A program made the position numbers and the translations under genes. Shown in pieces: positions 59,130 to 64,000 of a stretch of DNA of 64,000 bases. A model generated the notes under the pieces. That model ran no database searches. It was not told the DNA's origin and saw only the letters and a list, made by a program, of their open reading frames with translations. Source of the stretch: Bacilli bacterium (GTDB lineage Bacteria; Bacillota_I; Bacilli_A; RFN20; CAG-826); the NCBI GenBank assembly GCA_045628045.1, contig JAZQOV010000006.1, forward strand, positions 1-64,000, in the 5' to 3' direction. The stretch's first letter is position 1. Every line of letters starts with the position of its first letter.

Positions 59130-59807
59130 TTAATCATTAACAAAGAATATCGTGTTCTTATCAAATGCCCCATAGGCAAATCCGAAATTAAGGAAGCCGG
59201 GCATTTTTTCATATGCTTTAAATGAAGTTCTATTTATAAATTCATCTACACCAATATTTTCAATATATCCATATGGGTTATAGATGGTGACGTTATCGTT
59301 AGAAATATCAAGGCTGGTTACTACTGAATAATGAAGCGTCCATTCATTTTCATATTTGGCGGCCCATTCCACGATAACAGGGTTCTGATCTTTTAAAGAT
59401 TTGAATATTTCTTTTAAGAGAATATCGTGTTTTAGATATTCGTGTTTATCAAATGATTTTCCTTCAATAAAATTATTGATTTCTTCTAAGAAACCTTTCG
59501 ATGTTGAGGTAGTAATTCTGCCTTTATTCTTTAGACTTAGTTCGTCTTCAGTGATCTTTTGTCCATAGTAGGAGGATACCATTTCAATTGAGGCGTAGCC
59601 ACAAGAGATATGTTGTTCAACAAGCTCTATTCCGCTTACTTCTACCTTTTGAGAATAGATGCTGCTATCTTTTAAATAGGAGTAGTCTGATTTTAAAGAT
59701 GATGTTCTAATTCCTAGAATTGAAAAAGGAATCGCAAGCGAAAGAGAAATTGCTCCCAAAAAAACACTAGAAATAATAATTGCTAATGTTTTCTTTTTAA
59801 GCTTCAT
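59130..59807 (-). CDS. Membrane-anchored C39-like cysteine peptidase
   Basis: N-terminal TM; motifs QHISCG, LHYSVV and YNPYG. Confidence 0.7.
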   Translation of the reverse strand: MKLKKKTLAIIISSVFLGAISLSLAIPFSILGIRTSSLKSDYSYLKDSSIYSQKVEVSGIELVEQHISCGYASIEMVSSYYGQKITEDELSLKNKGRITTSTSKGFLEEINNFIEGKSFDKHEYLKHDILLKEIFKSLKDQNPVIVEWAAKYENEWTLHYSVVTSLDISNDNVTIYNPYGYIENIGVDEFINRTSFKAYEKMPGFLNFGFAYGAFDKNTIFFVND

Positions 59808-60003
59808 ATTTATACTCCAAAATATCGGCAGGTTGACAATTCAATTCTTTGCACAAAGCATTTAAAGTGGAAAATCGAATTGCTGAAATTTTACCTGTTT
59901 TTATGTTGGACAAATTCGCGTCCGTCAAGCCGATTTTTACTGCAAGATCTTTCAGTTTTACACCGCGCTCTTTCATTACTTTATCTAATTTTAATACTAT
60001 CAT
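59797..60003 (-). CDS. YozG-like XRE/Cro regulator
   Basis: NLSNIKTGKISAIRFSTLNALC..L.CQPADIL. Confidence 0.88.
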   Translation of the reverse strand: MIVLKLDKVMKERGVKLKDLAVKIGLTDANLSNIKTGKISAIRFSTLNALCKELNCQPADILEYKYEA

Positions 60004-60491
60004 AATGTTTCGTCGTCATTCTTTTGTAATTCTTTGCCGTATTTGAAAAACAAACCAAAAATAAACATAACAATACCCGATATAACTCCACCAAGAGAAA
60101 TTGGGAAGATCAATTCGGTTGTAGGGTAGATAATACGTAAAACTGTTGAGCCGACAAGCGCAGGAACAACCGAAATAAGTATTACGAATATAGCAATCTT
60201 TTTCAAATAGTGACTTACTTTTTCTCCAAACGGGGCTTTTTCTTGTTCTATGCTTTTGAAAAGGCTTTCTAGATTCCAAAGCAACCCGATACATATAAAC
60301 GCATATAAAGCAAGCGTACCAAATATGCTTGCAGTTTCCGCAACGGAAAGTTCTTTAATTGCATTTGTACATGACAGCGCAATCGTCAAAGCGATAAAAA
60401 CCAAACACGCTGCACAACTTACAAAATAAAGAACTTTCGTTACTATGTAACACACTTTTGCAGTTTTGATAATTTTGTTTTTTGTTTCCAT
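60000..60491 (-). CDS. DUF2975-like membrane protein
   Basis: 4 TMs; C-terminal FKYGKELQKNDDETL; adjacent to a YozG-like HTH gene. Confidence 0.75.
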   Translation of the reverse strand: METKNKIIKTAKVCYIVTKVLYFVSCAACLVFIALTIALSCTNAIKELSVAETASIFGTLALYAFICIGLLWNLESLFKSIEQEKAPFGEKVSHYLKKIAIFVILISVVPALVGSTVLRIIYPTTELIFPISLGGVISGIVMFIFGLFFKYGKELQKNDDETL

Positions 60492-60535
60492 AATGAAATT
60501 TCCTTTGTTTTAATTACCAATATATTAGCGCAAAA

Positions 60536-60571
60536 TTATCGTTTATCAATATTTTTTATCGTTTATCAATA
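60536..60571 (-). promoter_or_regulatory. Tandem operator-like repeat upstream of the DUF2975-HTH-C39 operon
   Basis: TTATCGTTTATCAATA occurs twice with a 20-nt period. Confidence 0.55.
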
Positions 60572-60707
60572 ATTTTTTGAAAGCAAATAATGCAAAACTT
60601 TAAGAAATTATCATTCTTATGGCATAACGCACTATGTTTTATAAAAGAAACAATAAACTAAATATGCCATAAATAATGAAAAAAGCCTTGATTTTAGTGT
60701 TTTCAAC

Positions 60708-60755
60708 TGTATCAAAGCTTTAGTCTACATTTGTCTTTGTGCAAATAAGTTGATA
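60708..60755. repeat. Putative att site D
   Basis: TATCAA(60710)-N16-TG(60732)-N16-TTGATA(60750). Confidence 0.75.
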
Positions 60756-60794
60756 TATAAATTTGAGGTTCTTGACGCTCATTATTATACATCT

Positions 60795-61226
60795 TTATTC
60801 TTTATTCATTTCATTAAGCTTATTGTTCATTTTCTTTACTGTTTTCTTTGAAACAAGATAGATAATTATCCAAATAATGATAAACGCTCCAATAAATGCT
60901 GAAGAATAAATGAGAATCACAATTGGTTTAAGCGGAATCCAATTGTTAATCAAATATCCAGCTGTATATACAGTGTAAAGTGATACACCTTGAAAAAACG
61001 CAGACTTAAATGGCGACCATTTTTCAATTTGAGGGAATACACTACTACCAGCATGAACAAACGCAATCACGTATGTTGTAATAATCGCAGAACAAATCTG
61101 ATATACAGATAATTCCACTTTTACTCCTGACCACTCTAGAATTAAATAAATAATTGCAAGAATAATTGGACCAAAGCCCGCAAAGATTAATCCGCGGAGC
61201 AAATAACTTTTTACATATTTGTTCAT
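60795..61226 (-). CDS. DUF3021-like membrane protein (LytTR-system inhibitor type)
   Basis: 4 TMs; WS...NNWIP motifs; directly downstream of lytTR. Confidence 0.75.
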   Translation of the reverse strand: MNKYVKSYLLRGLIFAGFGPIILAIIYLILEWSGVKVELSVYQICSAIITTYVIAFVHAGSSVFPQIEKWSPFKSAFFQGVSLYTVYTAGYLINNWIPLKPIVILIYSSAFIGAFIIIWIIIYLVSKKTVKKMNNKLNEMNKE

Positions 61227-61227
61227 G

Positions 61228-61662
61228 TTATAAGCCAATCCTTTCTTTCACGTGTTTTAATTCTCTACGAGAAATATAATCTTTGTATCCATTTTTGAAA
61301 ATAACCAAAGTGGCGCCACCAATAGAGGTTTTGAATTCTTTCATTTGTTTAATGTTTGCTAAACAAGATTGATTTAGCTTAACGAAATATTCATTAAAAG
61401 GCATATCCTCAAGTTGATATAGTCTTTCTTTAAGTTGATATTTCTTTTCACCGATTAAAGCGAAGATTTTTCCGCCTTCCACAATGAAACAAGTAACTTC
61501 AATTGGATCAATCAAGATAGTAGTATCTTCATAGGTGCCAGTTAAAGAAACACCTGTTGAAGAAACTAGTTTTTCAATCTCTTCCACTAAAGAAGTTTTT
61601 TCCTTCGCGTAGATGACTACTTTTTCTTCTTGTTTATCGTCGATAAATGTATAACATTTCAT
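61228..61662 (-). CDS. LytTR-domain transcriptional regulator (no receiver domain)
   Basis: Motifs LYQLE, FVKLNQSCLAN and KNG..DYISRR. Confidence 0.88.
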   Translation of the reverse strand: MKCYTFIDDKQEEKVVIYAKEKTSLVEEIEKLVSSTGVSLTGTYEDTTILIDPIEVTCFIVEGGKIFALIGEKKYQLKERLYQLEDMPFNEYFVKLNQSCLANIKQMKEFKTSIGGATLVIFKNGYKDYISRRELKHVKERIGL

Positions 61663-61676
61663 GTTTTAATTATATA

Positions 61677-62489
61677 TTAGCTGATATCTTTTTTCATTTT
61701 ATTTGTGAAAACAAACAATGACAAACTAACAAGCACTATCATATAGGCAAGCATTAAGACTAAATATAAGGTTCCACGATCACTGAAATTATAAATAACA
61801 GGATTAAATGTGGTTGCTTCATCAATTGAAGTCTGAGTTGCGCCTGTAATACATCTACCTAAATAAGTAGATTCATAGAAAGGCAAGAAACCACAAGCTT
61901 TTTCAAAATTTCCCATTGTGTCTAATGGAATCCACGCACCACCCAAGATGCCAGATGCAGAAATGAATATTGATGATACTGCAGGTGAGCTTTTGTCATT
62001 CAAAATTGTTCCAAATATCATGCCTAATGAGATGCAAATAATCATCATTGGAAACATTTCAATAAACAACAAGCATGCATTGCCAAAACCAACAAAACCT
62101 CTGCCACTTATTAATCCAGATATATACCCAGAAACAATACAAATAACGGTTTGACATAATCCAACAATAATAAAAGGAATTAAATATCCCAATATGAATT
62201 GATATGCTTTAAGAGGCGAAGAAAATAGTCTCTTCAAGAAAGCGCTCTCTCTATCTTTTGATATGAGCAAAGAAGACATCAACATTAATAAGGAATAGCT
62301 AAACATAACAACCCCTGGAATTAAGCTCTTTTCATAGAAGATAGGGCTTTGTCCATCAGGTATATAATGTAAAATTACATTAAACATCAAAATCATAAAG
62401 ATAGGAAACCCAACACAAAAGATATATAAAAGAGGATCTCTAATCATTTCAGTTAGGTTTCTTTTTGTAAACAATATTGCCTTTTTCAT
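61677..62489 (-). CDS. ABC-2 type exporter permease
   Basis: RDP motif, 6 TMs, and RLFSSPL. Confidence 0.85.
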   Translation of the reverse strand: MKKAILFTKRNLTEMIRDPLLYIFCVGFPIFMILMFNVILHYIPDGQSPIFYEKSLIPGVVMFSYSLLMLMSSLLISKDRESAFLKRLFSSPLKAYQFILGYLIPFIIVGLCQTVICIVSGYISGLISGRGFVGFGNACLLFIEMFPMMIICISLGMIFGTILNDKSSPAVSSIFISASGILGGAWIPLDTMGNFEKACGFLPFYESTYLGRCITGATQTSIDEATTFNPVIYNFSDRGTLYLVLMLAYMIVLVSLSLFVFTNKMKKDIS

Positions 62490-63205
62490 TATTTGATATC
62501 TCCTCCTACAATCTTCACAAACGCTTCTTCAAATGAGTTTTCTTTTGTGTGTTCTTTTATTTCCTCTACAGTGCCTATATCTAATAGATGACCACTACTT
62601 AAAATCGCTACTCTATCACATAAAGCTTCAATTTCTTCTAAATAGTGAGAAGTTAATACAATCGTCGTCTTTCCTTTCAAGGATTTAATAACTTCCCATA
62701 ATTCTCTTCTGATGAGAACATCGAGTCCTAAAGTAGGCTCATCAAGGAAAAGAATCTTTGGTTTAGAAATAAGCGCTACTGCGATTGACAATCTTCTTTG
62801 CCAACCGCCTGATAAAGTCTTTACTCTTTTGTTCAGAATTTCTTTTAAAGAAAAAGAATCCACTATCTTATTAAAATATTCTTCATCGTGACTCCCATAT
62901 AGGCTCTCAAAGAAGAACAAGTTCTCTTTCACAGTCAAATTCATTGCCACAGATATTTCTTGCGGAGAAATGTCTATAATCTTCTTTATTTCATCTATTT
63001 CGCTTAATGGATGACCATCAACCACTGCATCTCCACCACTTTTCTTAGCTAATCCAGATAAAATTCTAATCAATGTTGTTTTTCCGGCACCATTAACGCC
63101 TAGTAATCCAAATAACTCACCTTCTTTTATAGAAAGAGATACTTCATCTAACGCTTTTAATGCTTTATAGTTCTTTGATAATTTTTCAACTCTAATAATT
63201 TCCAT
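62489..63205 (-). CDS. ABC exporter ATP-binding protein
   Basis: Motifs GVNGAGKTT, LSGGWQRR, LDEPTLG and TSH. Confidence 0.92.
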   Translation of the reverse strand: MEIIRVEKLSKNYKALKALDEVSLSIKEGELFGLLGVNGAGKTTLIRILSGLAKKSGGDAVVDGHPLSEIDEIKKIIDISPQEISVAMNLTVKENLFFFESLYGSHDEEYFNKIVDSFSLKEILNKRVKTLSGGWQRRLSIAVALISKPKILFLDEPTLGLDVLIRRELWEVIKSLKGKTTIVLTSHYLEEIEALCDRVAILSSGHLLDIGTVEEIKEHTKENSFEEAFVKIVGGDIK

Positions 63206-63264
63206 GCTCTAGCCTCCACGACACGAGCATACAAAAAAACAAATTCATTTGTCGCAGAAATTAA

Positions 63265-63294
63265 CTAAGTGGCCTTTTTTGCTCACTATTCGGT
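63265..63294 (-). promoter_or_regulatory. LytTR-type 9-12-9 direct repeat operator (second copy at 57422-57451)
   Basis: Minus strand ACCGAATAG-N12-GCCACTTAG upstream of the ABC-lytTR-DUF3021 operon. Confidence 0.65.
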
Positions 63295-63312
63295 AGAAAA
63301 AAGCACTGATTT

Positions 63313-63360
63313 TGTATCAATGCTATTGTTTCCTTATGTGTTTGTGCAACGATGTTGATA
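63313..63360. repeat. Putative att site E
   Basis: TATCAA(63315)-N16-TG(63337)-N16-TTGATA(63355). Confidence 0.75.
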
Positions 63361-63362
63361 TA

Positions 63363-63998
63363 TCAGTGAAACGAAGTTGATATATGTTTTTTACTCTTTT
63401 TATAATTTACAATACCAAAGATCAATAAAACAAAAGAAGCCATAATGCCTGCAGCAGCAACTATTAAAGCAACATTCCCGTTGCTGTAGTTATTCCAATC
63501 AACAAAATTAACTTGATAACAATTTGTGACTCCACCCAATAAATAATTTAAAAATCCATTTAATCCAAATGCAAATAGTGTCGAGACAAATACAATAGCA
63601 CTACCTTTAAAACATTTGTTTATCGGAATTAAACTTAATCCACCACTAATCAAAATTGGAAGAACAACATAAGTCGTTATTTCAATTCCTAAAACAAAAT
63701 CATAGGATGCATATGAATTTATAACTGCAAGTAATGAAATGATCAATAAATATATAGTTCCAAAATAAATCAAAACAAAGAACTTTTTGAGTTTTTTAAA
63801 TACCTCATATCGGTAGAAAATAAATGGAAAGAAAAGCATAAAATATCCAAGAATTACCGCTAATATTGCAAGAAAACACCAATAATTTGAAACATAGATT
63901 GAGCATGTCAAAAACAAGATAAACATACTTAATAAAGTTAAACTAACAAACCAAAGTAATTTGTGTTTTTTAAATATTTTTGTAACTAATGGAGCATA
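63363..63998 (-). CDS. Multi-TM membrane protein, 5' end outside the window
   Basis: The frame stays open from the ATG at 63926 to the window edge. Confidence 0.7.
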   Translation of the reverse strand, partial: YAPLVTKIFKKHKLLWFVSLTLLSMFILFLTCSIYVSNYWCFLAILAVILGYFMLFFPFIFYRYEVFKKLKKFFVLIYFGTIYLLIISLLAVINSYASYDFVLGIEITTYVVLPILISGGLSLIPINKCFKGSAIVFVSTLFAFGLNGFLNYLLGGVTNCYQVNFVDWNNYSNGNVALIVAAAGIMASFVLLIFGIVNYKKSKKHISTSFH

Positions 63999-64000
63999 GA

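Larger units (their letters stand above)
55919..64000. mobile_element. Tandem gene-cassette array delimited by att-like sites (continues beyond the window)
   Basis: Site centres at 55919, 57495, 58923, 60732 and 63337 separate blocks of small accessory genes. Confidence 0.7.

Noticed and set aside
59014-59133. 39-aa plus-strand ORF (MGHFNNG...)
   Set aside because: It has no RBS or recognisable motif and is at most a gene fragment.
55919-64000. Classical integron (attC/IntI) or CRISPR interpretation of the repeats
   Set aside because: There are no RYYYAAC...GTTRRRY attC hairpins, no integrase or cas genes, and no regular repeat-spacer periodicity; the spacing is kilobase-scale.

Overview
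AT-rich chromosomal segment using the standard genetic code, from an anaerobic low-GC Firmicute (probably a reduced gut/rumen Bacilli lineage; taxonomy is inferred). Core content, left to right: the right end of an IS3/IS150 element, yggS, pfkA, a hydCBA trimeric [FeFe]-hydrogenase directly upstream of rnfCDGEA-x-rnfB(short)-apbE, a GT4-acyltransferase fusion, tRNA-Phe/Asp/Thr, rubrerythrin, mgtC, a MATE transporter, an Sfp-type PPTase, clostripain, a vat-like acetyltransferase, rimO, and an S8 protease plus an enlarged opp system. The OppF of that system carries three tandem 279-aa coiled-coil + 4-TM repeats inside its ATPase domain. The main discovery is a family of ~46-52 bp sites with the form TATCAA-N16-TG-N16-TTGATA. 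Five complete copies have an invariant central TG (29925, 57495, 58923, 60732, 63337). A hybrid copy has its central TG exactly on the terminal CA of the tRNA-Thr CCA end (31000), and a terminal half-copy lies at 55919. These sites divide the accessory DNA into 1-2.6 kb gene cassettes, and their arms are mosaic across the central dinucleotide. This is the geometry of large-serine-recombinase att sites and suggests an integron-like, tRNA-anchored cassette array. No recombinase gene is present in the window. A second 16-bp palindromic motif brackets single small genes inside the cassettes.
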